Of a DNA stretch of 64,000 nucleotides, positions 36,906-46,305 are shown one piece after another. Under the pieces are notes generated by a model. It saw only the letters and a list, made by a program, of their open reading frames with translations, made no database searches and was not told where the DNA came from. The stretch's first letter is position 1; the number at the start of each line of letters is the position of its first letter. The translations under genes were made by a program, and so were the position numbers. Source of the DNA: Stenotrophomonas sp. (GTDB taxonomy: Bacteria; Pseudomonadota; Gammaproteobacteria; Xanthomonadales; Xanthomonadaceae); assembly GCA_031987425.1 (NCBI GenBank), contig DALZZL010000001.1:9820-73819 (forward strand), written 5' to 3'.

Positions 36906-37310
36906 ATGGACGCATGGAAATGGGGAATGTGGGGATGGGTGCTGCTGTCGGGCCCGGTGCCGGCGCAAGAGGTGCATCGCTGCACGCGGGGCACGGAGAT
37001 CGTCTATCAAGCGGCGCCGTGCGGTGCCGGGCAGGTGCAGAAGCGCTGGCCGAGGGTGCATCCGCCGCCCGCGGCGCGCCCGCTTCCAGGCAAGGTGGGG
37101 CCGGCCAAGTCGTCGCGGCGCGTGCCCACGGCACGCAGGGCACGGATGAAGCAGGCATCGGGCGCCACAATCGGCCTGGGTCATGAGGCCGGCGCCGGCT
37201 GCGAGCAGGTCAAAGCCCGCCGCGCGGCGGCGTATGCGGCCGCTGGGCTCAAGCGCAACTTCGCCTTGTCGAGCCTGTGGGACAACCGGGTGCAGCAGGC
37301 CTGCAAGTAG
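36906..37310 (+). CDS. Hypothetical small secreted protein (DUF4124-like N-terminus)
   Basis: 134 aa from MDAWKWGMWGWVLLSGPVPAQEVHRCTRGTEIVYQAAPCG. AGGAGG lies 6 nt upstream of the ATG at 36906, while the track start at 36900 abuts the RBS. Basic, low-complexity middle region. Coding status is moderately supported. Confidence 0.5.
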   Translation: MDAWKWGMWGWVLLSGPVPAQEVHRCTRGTEIVYQAAPCGAGQVQKRWPRVHPPPAARPLPGKVGPAKSSRRVPTARRARMKQASGATIGLGHEAGAGCEQVKARRAAAYAAAGLKRNFALSSLWDNRVQQACK

Positions 37311-37370
37311 GCGTGTGGGAAACCGCCCACCTGTCATGCACGCGACGACAGGTGGGTGGTTGGCAAGTGC

Positions 37371-38489
37371 TTACTGCGCCGATGCGGTTCCGGGGCCGCG
37401 GTAGCGCGACAGCCAATGTGCGTAGGGCGCGGGGAGCGTCCACGCCGGTTGCGCGACACCCAGCGCCTGCGCAAGTTGGTACGGATAGTGAGGATTGGCC
37501 AGGTGGGCGCGACCGATCATCACCAGGTCCATCTGCCCGGTGGCGATGACCTTTTCCGCGGTGTCGGGGCCATCGATGCACCAGCCCGATGCCACCGGCA
37601 GCCCGGTCTCACGGCGCACGCGCTGGGCGACCGGCGCGAGGAAGGCAGGCGTACCCCAGGGCACCTTCACCTCGGGGATCACGAAATTCATGCTGACGTT
37701 GAGCAGGTCCAGGCCGCGGTCGCGCAGCTGGCCGACGAGCGCGATCGACTCGGAGAGCGTCTGCTCCTCATGGCCGTCGTATTCGATCACGCCAAAGCGC
37801 GCGGTCAGCGGCAGGTGTTCCGGCCACACGGCACGCACCGCTTCCACCGTCTCGCGCAGGAAGCGGCCACGGTTGTCCGCGCTGCCACCGTAGTCATCCT
37901 CGCGCTGGTTGCTGTACGCCGAGAAGAAGCTCTGCGCCAGGTAGCCGTGCGCGAAGTGCAGTTCCAGCCATTCAAAGCCCGCGTCGCGGGCACGCTTCGC
38001 CGCGGCGACGAAGTCGGCCTGCACGCGGGCGATGTCTTCCCGCGTCATCGCCTTCGGCACCTGCGGCAGGCCGCCGCCGAACGCGATCGCCGACGGTGAC
38101 AGGGTCTGCCAGCCGCGCGGGTCTTCGGCAGCGATATGGTCGTCGCCTTCCCACGGGCTGTTGGCGCTGGCCTTGCGGCCGGCGTGGCCGATCTGGATGC
38201 CGGGCACCGCGCCGGCCGCCTTGATCGACGCGGCGATACGCGCCATGCCGTCGACCTGGCCGTCTTCCCACAGGCCAGTGCAGTAAGGGGTGATGCGGCC
38301 TTCCGGTGACACCGCGGTGGCTTCGACGATGACCAGCCCGGCGCCGCCGCGTGCGATCGCGGGGTAATGGACCTGGTGCCAATCCTGCGTGTAACCGTCG
38401 ATCGCGCTGTACTGGCACATCGGCGGCACGGCGATGCGGTTGCGCAGGGTGATGTCCTTCAAAGTGAAGGGCGTGAACAGCTGGGACAT
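37371..38489 (-). CDS. NADH:flavin oxidoreductase, Old Yellow Enzyme family (NamA/YqjM-like)
   Basis: 372 aa. OYE motifs RNRIAVPPMCQY, IQIGHAGRKAS and LELHFAHGYL. Confidence 0.9.
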   Translation of the reverse strand: MSQLFTPFTLKDITLRNRIAVPPMCQYSAIDGYTQDWHQVHYPAIARGGAGLVIVEATAVSPEGRITPYCTGLWEDGQVDGMARIAASIKAAGAVPGIQIGHAGRKASANSPWEGDDHIAAEDPRGWQTLSPSAIAFGGGLPQVPKAMTREDIARVQADFVAAAKRARDAGFEWLELHFAHGYLAQSFFSAYSNQREDDYGGSADNRGRFLRETVEAVRAVWPEHLPLTARFGVIEYDGHEEQTLSESIALVGQLRDRGLDLLNVSMNFVIPEVKVPWGTPAFLAPVAQRVRRETGLPVASGWCIDGPDTAEKVIATGQMDLVMIGRAHLANPHYPYQLAQALGVAQPAWTLPAPYAHWLSRYRGPGTASAQ

Positions 38490-38516
38490 GGGGGTCTCTG
38501 TCAGGTGTAGGAAGCG

Positions 38517-39026
38517 TCAGGCGCGGGCGCGGCGGGCGGCGTCGATGAGGCCGTCGAGCCAATCCTGATGGCCGTTGATCATCGGATTGGGGCGGGTGCG
38601 CGCCAGCGTCTCGGCCGGCTTGCCTCGCTGCGTCTCCTGCGTGAGTACGCGCACACGCCCGCCCGGCAGGTCTTCGAGCAGCCAGGCATGGTGCACATCC
38701 AGGCGCGTGTCACCGTCACCGGCCCAGCCGTGCCACGCGATGCGGCCCGGCGTGCCGGGTGACGGCGCTACGCATTCGGTCACTTCGGCTTCGACCGGAA
38801 AACCAAAGGTCTCGAAATGGAAGCGCGTGCCCTGCGTCAGTTCCGGGCCGGCGCCGGCATGGAAGCCCACGTTGGCAGCGTTGGCGTAGTAGTCCGGCCA
38901 GCGTGGCGCGATGGCCAGCCACGGCCACACCTCGGCAGCGGAAAGGCCGGCGACGATGACCTCGTTGGAGGCGAAATTCTCGGTGGTGCCCGGCAGATAG
39001 TCGTCGGGCCAATGGATGGCGTGCAT
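38517..39026 (-). CDS. SRPBCC (START/polyketide cyclase-like) family protein
   Basis: 169 aa. The size and the W/F-rich beta-grip pattern fit the family (VWPWLAIAPRWPDYY, FHFETFGFPVEAEV). It sits between the VOC and OYE genes with 27-36 nt gaps. Confidence 0.72.
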   Translation of the reverse strand: MHAIHWPDDYLPGTTENFASNEVIVAGLSAAEVWPWLAIAPRWPDYYANAANVGFHAGAGPELTQGTRFHFETFGFPVEAEVTECVAPSPGTPGRIAWHGWAGDGDTRLDVHHAWLLEDLPGGRVRVLTQETQRGKPAETLARTRPNPMINGHQDWLDGLIDAARRARA

Positions 39027-39062
39027 GGGATTGCTCGATGGGGAAGGGGGACAGGCGACGGC

Positions 39063-39560
39063 TCAGCGGTACGCGCCGGCCGAGTAGGTCAGCTCGTAGC
39101 TGTGGCTGTAGATTTCCAGGATGTTGCCGAACGGGTCTTCCATGTAGACCATGCGATACGGCTTTTCGCCTGGAAAATATTCGCGGACCGGCATGCGCTG
39201 GCGGCCACCGGCGGCGACGATGCGCGCGGCCAGTCCTTCGACATCCGGGTCCTGGACGCAGAAATGGAAGACGCCACTCTTCCAGTACTCGAAGTTGTCT
39301 TCGCGACGCTGCGCGTCACGGAACTGGAAGATCTCCACGCCGACGCGGTCGCCGGTGGACAGATGCGCGATGCGGAACTCGCCCCAGCCCGGGCCGAAGA
39401 CGTCGCTGCACATCACGCCGATCGCGCTGTCGTCCTCGGTGATCGTGGTGGGCGGCATGATCAGGTACCAGCCCATGACCTCGGTATAGAACTTCACCGC
39501 TGCCTCCAGGTCGGTGACCGAGAGGCCGATATGGGAAAAGCTGCGGGGGTAGGGCGACAT
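39063..39560 (-). CDS. VOC-family (glyoxalase/bleomycin-resistance/dioxygenase fold) protein
   Basis: 165 aa. Contains FSHIGLSVTDLEAAVKFYTEVMGW and FHFCVQDPD ... DPFGNILEIYS, the paired beta-alpha-beta-beta-beta modules typical of VOC proteins. Confidence 0.85.
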   Translation of the reverse strand: MSPYPRSFSHIGLSVTDLEAAVKFYTEVMGWYLIMPPTTITEDDSAIGVMCSDVFGPGWGEFRIAHLSTGDRVGVEIFQFRDAQRREDNFEYWKSGVFHFCVQDPDVEGLAARIVAAGGRQRMPVREYFPGEKPYRMVYMEDPFGNILEIYSHSYELTYSAGAYR

Positions 39561-39607
39561 GGCGGGGAGGCTCCGATACGGGACTTCCCCCAGCGTAGGG
39601 ACGACGG

Positions 39608-39624
39608 TGCATAATCAAAATGCA
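39608..39624. promoter_or_regulatory. Candidate LysR-type binding site
   Basis: Dyad TGCAT-aatcaaa-ATGCA lies in the 95-nt AT-richer divergent region between the VOC operon and the lysR-family gene. Confidence 0.4.
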
Positions 39625-39655
39625 TGGAATCTTATCGACCCAATAAAGTTCCCTT

Positions 39656-40531
39656 ATGTTGAATCCGCTTTGGCTGCGCTCGTTCGTCGAAATCCATGCG
39701 CAGGGTGGCTTTACCCGCGCCGCGGACCGGCTTGGCCTGACCCAGGCGGCGGTCAGCCAGCACGTGCGGCAGCTGGAGGATCGTCTCGGCCCCTTGCTGC
39801 TGCGGCGTGGCCGCCAGCAGCAGCTGACGCCGGCGGGAGAGGCGCTGCTGGCCTACGCCCGCGAGCTGCAACAGGCCGACAAGCGCCTGGAAGCGAGGCT
39901 GGCCGATGGTGGCACCACGCAGGGCGAGATCAGCGTGATCACGCCTGGCAGCGTGGGGCTGCTGCTGTATCCGCGCTTGCTGGCGTTGCAGCAGGCGGCA
40001 CCGGGGCTGGTGATCCGGCATCGCTTCGCGCCGGACCCGGAGGTGCTCGAAGCGGTGCTGCAGTCGCGTTACGAACTCGGCATCACCACCGTGCGGCCGG
40101 ACGATGCGCGGGTGACGGCCAGCCCGTTCGCCAGCGAACCCCTGGAACTGGTGGTGCCCGCAGGCAGGCGGGTGACGGAATGGGAAGACCTGCGGCAACT
40201 GGGATTCATCGATCATCCCGATGGTCAGGCGATGGCGGCCCGCCTGTTGAGTCGCCGGTTCGCCGCCGACTACAGTCCGCGCGCGTTGCCGGTGCATGGG
40301 TTTACCAATCAGGTCGCACTGATTCTGGAACCGGTGTCACGCGGGCTGGGTTTTACCGTGTTGCCGCGCTATGCGCGGCAGGCGTTTGCACACCAGCACA
40401 TGATCGATGTGATCGACGGTGATCCGCCGGTGGTCGACACTTTGTGGCTGATCCATCGCGCGGAATGGCCGTTGTCGGCACGTGCGGCGCATGCCGCCGA
40501 GCGGCTGCGCCACGACCTGCGCGAAGTCTGA
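39656..40531 (+). CDS. LysR-family transcriptional regulator
   Basis: 291 aa. N-terminal wHTH motif FVEIHAQGGFTRAADRLGLTQAAVSQHVRQLE. Divergent from the VOC/SRPBCC/OYE operon. Confidence 0.9.
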   Translation: MLNPLWLRSFVEIHAQGGFTRAADRLGLTQAAVSQHVRQLEDRLGPLLLRRGRQQQLTPAGEALLAYARELQQADKRLEARLADGGTTQGEISVITPGSVGLLLYPRLLALQQAAPGLVIRHRFAPDPEVLEAVLQSRYELGITTVRPDDARVTASPFASEPLELVVPAGRRVTEWEDLRQLGFIDHPDGQAMAARLLSRRFAADYSPRALPVHGFTNQVALILEPVSRGLGFTVLPRYARQAFAHQHMIDVIDGDPPVVDTLWLIHRAEWPLSARAAHAAERLRHDLREV

Positions 40532-40606
40532 ATCCGTTGATTCTTTTCAGCTTGCAAAGCACGGGCAGCGACCGCTAATTTCTCGCCCCAACACCGTATT
40601 CAGCGG

Positions 40607-41308
40607 ATGGGCCCGTTGTCACGAAAGACATCGACGCGTAGTGCCGGCGCAGGGGAGGCCACGGCGAAGCGTGCGAAAGGACCGGGACGACCGCGTGGTG
40701 CGCGCGGCGCTGAGCCCTTGCAGGATCGCCTGCTGGATGCCGCGTTGAAGCTGTTTGCGCAGCGCGGCATCGCGGAAACGCCGCTCAGTGCGGTGGCCGC
40801 CGAAGCGGGCGTGACCAAGGCGATGATCCATTACCACTTCAGCACGCGCGAGAAGCTGCTCGATGCGCTGATCGAAGAACGCTTTCTGCCTCTGCGTACC
40901 GCGCTGCTGCAGTCGCTGCGCGCGCATGACGATCCGGTGGATGCACTCACCGCGTTCGCCGGCAGCCTGGTCGCACAGGCGCGCGAATGTCCGTGGCTGC
41001 CCGCGCTGTGGGTGCGCGAGGTGACCACCGAAGGTGGACTGTTGCGGGTACGCATGCGCAGCCGCCTGGATGCGATCGGCGAGCAGCGCACCGCCGCACG
41101 CATCGAAGCCTGGGAGCGCGAGGGACGCATCACCCCCGGGCTGAAACCGGACCTGCTGCTGATGTCGGTATTTGGCATGACGATGCTGCCGTTGGCCGCC
41201 TTCGGCGGCACGCTGCCGACGGAGGCGACCGATGCCGTGGTCGAGAACGCGGTGGCGCTGTTGACCCACGGCGTCGCCGGGCGTGGCAGTCCGCGCGTCG
41301 CGAAATGA
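40607..41308 (+). CDS. TetR/AcrR-family transcriptional regulator
   Basis: 233 aa. Basic N-terminal tail followed by HTH LSAVAAEAGVTKAMIHYHFSTREKLL. Confidence 0.85.
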   Translation: MGPLSRKTSTRSAGAGEATAKRAKGPGRPRGARGAEPLQDRLLDAALKLFAQRGIAETPLSAVAAEAGVTKAMIHYHFSTREKLLDALIEERFLPLRTALLQSLRAHDDPVDALTAFAGSLVAQARECPWLPALWVREVTTEGGLLRVRMRSRLDAIGEQRTAARIEAWEREGRITPGLKPDLLLMSVFGMTMLPLAAFGGTLPTEATDAVVENAVALLTHGVAGRGSPRVAK

Positions 41309-41353
41309 GTGCGTCGGCGGCCGCGCAAAGGCGGCCGAAGCGATGGCGCGGAT

Positions 41354-42268
41354 TCAACCTGCCGCGACGACCTGTGCACCATCGCGCGCGTAGCGCGCCG
41401 GCGGCATGCCGACACGGCGTGCGAACGCCACGCTGAAGGTACTGGCGGAGCTGTAACCGACCTGCTCGGCGATACGCGAGATCTCCATGCCACCTTCGCG
41501 CAGCAGGCGCTTGGCCAGCGCCATGCGCCAATGCAGCAGGTATTCCATCGGCGCCACGCCGACCGTGCGGCTGAATCGCGCGAAGAATGCCGAGCGCGAC
41601 AGCGCCGCCTGCGCCGCCAGATCCGCAACGGTCCACGCGTGTCCCGGTCGGGCGTGGAGGGCACGCAGCGCAGCGGCCAGGCGCTCGTCGGCCAGCCCCG
41701 GCACCAATCCCGGCGCTGATCGCGTGCCGCCACCGCAGCGCAGCGCTTCGATCAGCAGCACTTCGAGCAGGCGTTCGAGCACGACTTCGCGCGCGGGGCG
41801 CTGGGCGAGGGTTTCCTCGCTGACCAGCTGCACCAGCGTCGCCAGCCGCGGCTCGCCGCGCACATGCAGTACCTGCGGCAGCAGCGACACCAGCAGGGAG
41901 GCGTCCGGTGAGCCGAAGCTGCAATGGCCCACCTGCATGCGCAGGTCCGGCGGGCCTTGCTGGCGACCAATGCGGAAATGGCCCTCGGCCAGCCGCACCG
42001 GCATCGTCGTCGTCTCGATGTCGCCGGCATGCAGGCTGGCGTTGTGCAGGTCCTGCAGCGCTGGGATCAGCACGAAGTCGCCAGCACGCAGTTCGAGCGG
42101 CGACTGGACGTCGACGCTCAGCTGGCAGGCGCCTTCCAGCAGCACGCAATAGAACGGGTCACCGGTACCGGGGCGGTGGATGCGCCATTCGCCGGCCGCT
42201 TCCACCCGCTTGGAGAAGCGCGCCACCGGCTGCAGCAGCGCCACGACTTCGGCCAGGGGATCGACCAT
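41354..42268 (-). CDS. AraC-family transcriptional regulator with an N-terminal cupin-like domain
   Basis: 304 aa. C-terminal dual HTH: WTVADLAAQAALSRSAFFARFSRTVG ... ISRIAEQVGYSSASTFSVAFARRVGMPP. Confidence 0.9.
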   Translation of the reverse strand: MVDPLAEVVALLQPVARFSKRVEAAGEWRIHRPGTGDPFYCVLLEGACQLSVDVQSPLELRAGDFVLIPALQDLHNASLHAGDIETTTMPVRLAEGHFRIGRQQGPPDLRMQVGHCSFGSPDASLLVSLLPQVLHVRGEPRLATLVQLVSEETLAQRPAREVVLERLLEVLLIEALRCGGGTRSAPGLVPGLADERLAAALRALHARPGHAWTVADLAAQAALSRSAFFARFSRTVGVAPMEYLLHWRMALAKRLLREGGMEISRIAEQVGYSSASTFSVAFARRVGMPPARYARDGAQVVAAG

Positions 42269-42365
42269 GGCAGGACGCTCGCGAAAGAATTCAAGACGCT
42301 GGAGTGTATTGCGTCCTGTGTGCGCGGCCTAGTCTGTCCGCCTGTCCCCACACCGAGGAATGCCC

Positions 42366-43124
42366 ATGTCCACCGTACTGATCACCGGCTGCTCGTCCGG
42401 TTTCGGCCTGGAAACCGCCCGCCTGTTCCTGCACAAGGGCTGGCACGTCATCGCCAGCATGCGTGTGCCCGATCCGCAGCTGCTGCCGGCATCGGATCGC
42501 CTGCGCATACTGCCGCTGGACATCACCGATCCCGCCAGCATCGCGGCGCTGGTCGAGCAGGCCGGCCCGATCGACGTGCTGGTCAACAATGCCGGCGTTG
42601 GCGCGCCGGTGCCGGTCGAACTGACGCCGGTCGAAACCACGCGCGCCCTGTTCGAGACCAATACGTTCGGGACGCTGGCGATGACCCAGGCCTTCCTGCC
42701 GCAGTTCCGCGCGCGCCGGGGTGGGGTGGTGATCAACGTGACCTCGTCGGTCACGCTGAAGGCGTTGCCGCTGGTGGGTGTCTACAGCGCCAGCAAAGCC
42801 GCGGTGAATGCCTTCACCGCATCGCTGGCGGTGGAAATGGCGCCGTTTGACGTGCGGGTACGGCTGGTGCTGCCGGGGCGCTCTCCGGAGACCCGTTTCG
42901 GTGCCAACGCGCAGCCGTTCCTTAACGGGCTCGATCACCCCGCCTACGCCGACTTCATCGGCCGCACCATCGCCGGCATGCGCAGCAGCAGCGGGCCGAT
43001 GACGCATGCGTCGGATGTGGCCGAGGCGGTATGGCGTGCGGCCACCGACCCGAGCGCGCCGCTGCGTATCGCGGCGGGCGCCGACGCCGAAGCCTGCATG
43101 GCCGAGGCGGGTGGGGCAGGTTGA
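42366..43124 (+). CDS. Short-chain dehydrogenase/reductase (SDR)
   Basis: 252 aa from MSTVLITGCSSGFG (TGxxxGxG). Motifs NNAG and YSASK. GAGGA lies 6 nt upstream of the ATG at 42366, while the ATG at 42360 is too close to the RBS. Divergent from the AraC gene. Confidence 0.9.
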   Translation: MSTVLITGCSSGFGLETARLFLHKGWHVIASMRVPDPQLLPASDRLRILPLDITDPASIAALVEQAGPIDVLVNNAGVGAPVPVELTPVETTRALFETNTFGTLAMTQAFLPQFRARRGGVVINVTSSVTLKALPLVGVYSASKAAVNAFTASLAVEMAPFDVRVRLVLPGRSPETRFGANAQPFLNGLDHPAYADFIGRTIAGMRSSSGPMTHASDVAEAVWRAATDPSAPLRIAAGADAEACMAEAGGAG

Positions 43125-43208
43125 GGGCCGAATCGGCGCATGCGCGCCGACGGCCAGGGGTTTGGCCACCGGCGCCCCGTCAAACGGGCGCGCCGGCGGC
43201 CGGGCGCA

Positions 43209-45344
43209 TCAGAAACGCCAGTCCAGGCTCACCGTGTAGCTGCGCGGCGCACCGTAGTAGCCGCTGTAGCGCAGCGAGTTGATGTACTTCTCGTCGGTGA
43301 TGTTGCGCACGTTGAAGCGCAGCGTTGCATCCGGCAGGAAGTCCCAGGCCACGAAGCCGTTGAGCACCGCGTAGCTGTCCTGGCGCACCGCGAAGCCGCT
43401 GCTCTCCACGTTGGAGATGTTGCTCTGCCAGCGGCCACCCAGGCCGAACTGCAGCGCGGTGTAGCTCGGCAGGCGGGCGCTGAGCATCAGGTTGGCGGTG
43501 CGGCGCGGCACCCAGCGGTAGGTGTCGTCGCCGTCTTCGCCGGTGAGCTTCAGCGCGGTGTAGCCGAACACCAGGTTGACGTTCTCCGACACCTTGCCGG
43601 TGGCTTCGAACTCCACGCCCTTCGATTCGACGTCGACGCCGGTGTAGTAGTACTGGCCGTTGTCGTTGTAGCCGGCACCGGTGGCCAGGCCATCCTGCTC
43701 GGCCTTGAACAGCGCCACGGTGGTCAGCAGGCGCTTGTCGAACCAGTCGGCCTTGACGCCCACTTCGTAGTTCGAGCCCTTGGTCGGGTCGAGGTAACGG
43801 CCGTCGGCGTCGCTCTGCTCCTGCGGTTGATAGATGTCCGAGTAGCTGACATAGCCGAGCACGTGTTCGTTGAAGTCGAAGGTCAGGCCGCCGTAGGGGC
43901 TGGTCTTGCCTTCGGTCTGGTCGAACACCACGCCGTAATTGACGCCGTCACGGTGGTAGTTGGCGTAGTTCACGCCAACCACGGCCTTCAGGCGGTCGGT
44001 GAAGGACAGGCGCGCGGCACCATAGGCGCGCTTGAGGCGCTGGTTGAGCGTGCTGTACAGCGACAGGTCGCCCCACACCGGCTCGGGGATCACGTCGCCG
44101 GCCCACGGGAAGCCCGGCATCTCCAGGTAGCCGCACACCGCGTCGCCGCACATCGCGCCGGCGTACTCCTTGTTGTTGCCCTCGCTGCGCGCGTAGCTGA
44201 CGCCGAACATCACTTCCTGGTCGAGGCCGAACATGTCGAAGTGACCGTTGATCGTCGCCGAACCCAGGTGCGCGGTGGTCTTGTCCCAGCCGCCCCACGG
44301 ATAGCCGTACAGGCCCAGGTTGGTGCCCGGCTCCAGCCCGGTGCCGTAATAGTCGGTGGCGTAGAACAGCTTGGTGTCGTTGGTGATCTGGCGGTAGTTG
44401 TAGGCCAGCTTCAGCTGCCAGTCCGTCGCCACCTGGTGGGTGTATTCGATGAAACCGGAGTCGGTGGTGGTATCCCACATCGTCCAGTCCTGCGTGGTGG
44501 AGGCGCCGCGGTCCCATTCGGCCTGGGTGCCGTCGCTGTACATGAAGGTCAGCGCGCCCCACATGTTGCCGTCGGTGCGGGTCTTCTGCTTCGAATAGCC
44601 GGCGGTCAGCGTGCCGTTCTCGCCGATCTGGCCGTCGACCACGCCGTAGAAGAAGTCGCGCTTGTCGCTCTTGTCGCGCAGCCAGGAATCGCCATCCTCA
44701 TGCGCGGCCACCACGCGGCCGGCCCAGCTGCCGTCGGCGGTGAACGGGGTGGAGTAGTCGGCCTCCACGCGCTTGGTGCCCCAGGTGCCGTAGCTGATGC
44801 CGACCACGCCCTGTTCCTCGTTGGTCGGGCGCTTGCGCACGTAGTTGATGGTGCCGGCGGCATTGCCGACGCCGGTCAGCAGGCCGTTGGCGCCGCGGAT
44901 CACTTCCAGCTTCTCGTAAGCGAACGAGTCGGTGGCGCTGGTGGCGATGCCCCAGCCGTTCGGCAGGCCGATGCCGTCGATCTGCGTGTTGGCGATGTCG
45001 AAGCCGCGCGCGGTGTAGGTGGTGCGGTTGGTTTCCCACTCATCGACCACGATGCCGGTGGCCATGCGCAGCGCGTCGTTGACGGTGTTCACGCCGAACG
45101 CCTGCATCTGCTCGCTGCTCACCTCGCTGATCGACTGCGGGGTGTCCTTGATCGCCAGATCGAGATTGGTGGCGCCGTTGCTGACGCGCTCGGCGCGCTG
45201 CGCGACCACGCGCACCTGGTCCAGGGTGGTGGCGTCGGCGGTGCTGGCGGCGTCTTCGGCGTGCGCGTTGAGCGCGGCAAACAGGCCAAGGGCGAGCAGG
45301 GAACGGCGCGGCAGTGCAACGGCGCGGCGGGAAGAGATGGACAT
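43209..45344 (-). CDS. TonB-dependent siderophore-type receptor
   Basis: 711 aa with signal peptide ending NAHAED. Plug motifs TPQSISEV and EKLEVIRGANGLLTG. Terminal barrel strand ending SYTVSLDWRF. Confidence 0.9.
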   Translation of the reverse strand: MSISSRRAVALPRRSLLALGLFAALNAHAEDAASTADATTLDQVRVVAQRAERVSNGATNLDLAIKDTPQSISEVSSEQMQAFGVNTVNDALRMATGIVVDEWETNRTTYTARGFDIANTQIDGIGLPNGWGIATSATDSFAYEKLEVIRGANGLLTGVGNAAGTINYVRKRPTNEEQGVVGISYGTWGTKRVEADYSTPFTADGSWAGRVVAAHEDGDSWLRDKSDKRDFFYGVVDGQIGENGTLTAGYSKQKTRTDGNMWGALTFMYSDGTQAEWDRGASTTQDWTMWDTTTDSGFIEYTHQVATDWQLKLAYNYRQITNDTKLFYATDYYGTGLEPGTNLGLYGYPWGGWDKTTAHLGSATINGHFDMFGLDQEVMFGVSYARSEGNNKEYAGAMCGDAVCGYLEMPGFPWAGDVIPEPVWGDLSLYSTLNQRLKRAYGAARLSFTDRLKAVVGVNYANYHRDGVNYGVVFDQTEGKTSPYGGLTFDFNEHVLGYVSYSDIYQPQEQSDADGRYLDPTKGSNYEVGVKADWFDKRLLTTVALFKAEQDGLATGAGYNDNGQYYYTGVDVESKGVEFEATGKVSENVNLVFGYTALKLTGEDGDDTYRWVPRRTANLMLSARLPSYTALQFGLGGRWQSNISNVESSGFAVRQDSYAVLNGFVAWDFLPDATLRFNVRNITDEKYINSLRYSGYYGAPRSYTVSLDWRF

Positions 45345-45419
45345 GTAGGTAGGGATCCCAAGTGGATGAGCTGGGCGGGGGCGACGAGCCGCCGCTAAGG
45401 CGGCGTGAATTTTACATGG

Positions 45420-45440
45420 GAATCGTTCTTATTGGGATTC
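45420..45440. promoter_or_regulatory. Possible Fur box upstream of the siderophore receptor gene
   Basis: GAATCGTTCTTATTGGGATTC has the form GAATC-N11-GATTC in an AT-rich patch 76 nt upstream of the receptor ATG. It only partly matches the GATAATGATAATCATTATC consensus. Confidence 0.3.
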
Positions 45441-45516
45441 GCTTTTTCGCCTGTGCGGTTCGGTCGCGGGCCCGCGCCGGGCAGGAAGCGGCCAGGTGCG
45501 GGCTTGCCGGGCCTGC

Positions 45517-45554
45517 CTAACGCTGTTAGATTCGCGGCCGACTAACGGCGTTAG
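45517..45554. promoter_or_regulatory. Two tandem 13-bp palindromes, candidate TetR operators
   Basis: CTAACGCTGTTAG (45517-45529) and CTAACGGCGTTAG (45542-45554) have centres 25 bp apart. The second ends 8 nt before the tetR ATG. Confidence 0.5.
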
Positions 45555-45561
45555 GCTGGGC

Positions 45562-46203
45562 ATGCGCAGGTCGATCGGGAAGGAGCAAATCGTGGCTGCC
45601 GCGTTCCGCCTGCTCGACGAAGCAGGGCGGGAGGGCGTGAGCCTGCGCAAGGTCGCGTGCCAGCTGGGCATCCGCGCGCCGTCGCTGTACTGGCATTTCA
45701 AGAGCAAGCAGGCGCTGGTCGACGCCATGGCCGACGCGCTGATCCACGACGTGGCCCGCCATGTGCCGGAAGGGCAGTCCTGGCGCGCGACGCTGCTGCA
45801 GCTGGCGCACGAGTTCCGCCATGCCTTCAAGGCGCATCGCGATGGCGCCCGCGTCTACGCCGGTACCTACCTGGCCACCGAGAACGTGATGCGGGTCGCC
45901 GAGACCACGATCGCGGCACTGGCCCAGGCGGGTGCGTCGATCGACTTCGCCGCCACCACGGCGATGGACCTCATCTATTACGTGCTCGGCTTCGTGATCG
46001 AGGAGCAGTCGCTGCCCGAGAACGGTGCCGGCATGGAGGACGTGGAGCAGGCCTTCCTGGCGATGGCCGAGAGCCGTTTCCCCTATTGCTGGCAGGCCCG
46101 CCACTTCCTGACCGAGCCTGACCTCGAACGCCGCTTCGTACAGGGCGTCGGCCTGCTGCTGGATGGCGTCGCCCTGCGGCTGGTGCCGCCGCAGCGCCCC
46201 TAG
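45562..46203 (+). CDS. TetR-family regulator (TetR/tetracycline-repressor-like C-terminal domain)
   Basis: 213 aa from MRRSIGKEQIV. HTH motif VSLRKVACQLGIRAPSLYWHFKSKQALV. Lies upstream of the efflux genes on the same strand. Confidence 0.88.
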   Translation: MRRSIGKEQIVAAAFRLLDEAGREGVSLRKVACQLGIRAPSLYWHFKSKQALVDAMADALIHDVARHVPEGQSWRATLLQLAHEFRHAFKAHRDGARVYAGTYLATENVMRVAETTIAALAQAGASIDFAATTAMDLIYYVLGFVIEEQSLPENGAGMEDVEQAFLAMAESRFPYCWQARHFLTEPDLERRFVQGVGLLLDGVALRLVPPQRP

Positions 46204-46305
46204 GCCACCCGCCCGGTTTTTCCGTTTCCTCCTGTCGCCCGCCCGCCAACGCAAGCGTGTCCCCGTCCGGCGATGTTCCCATCACCTTTGATCACAGAGT
46301 GCCTC

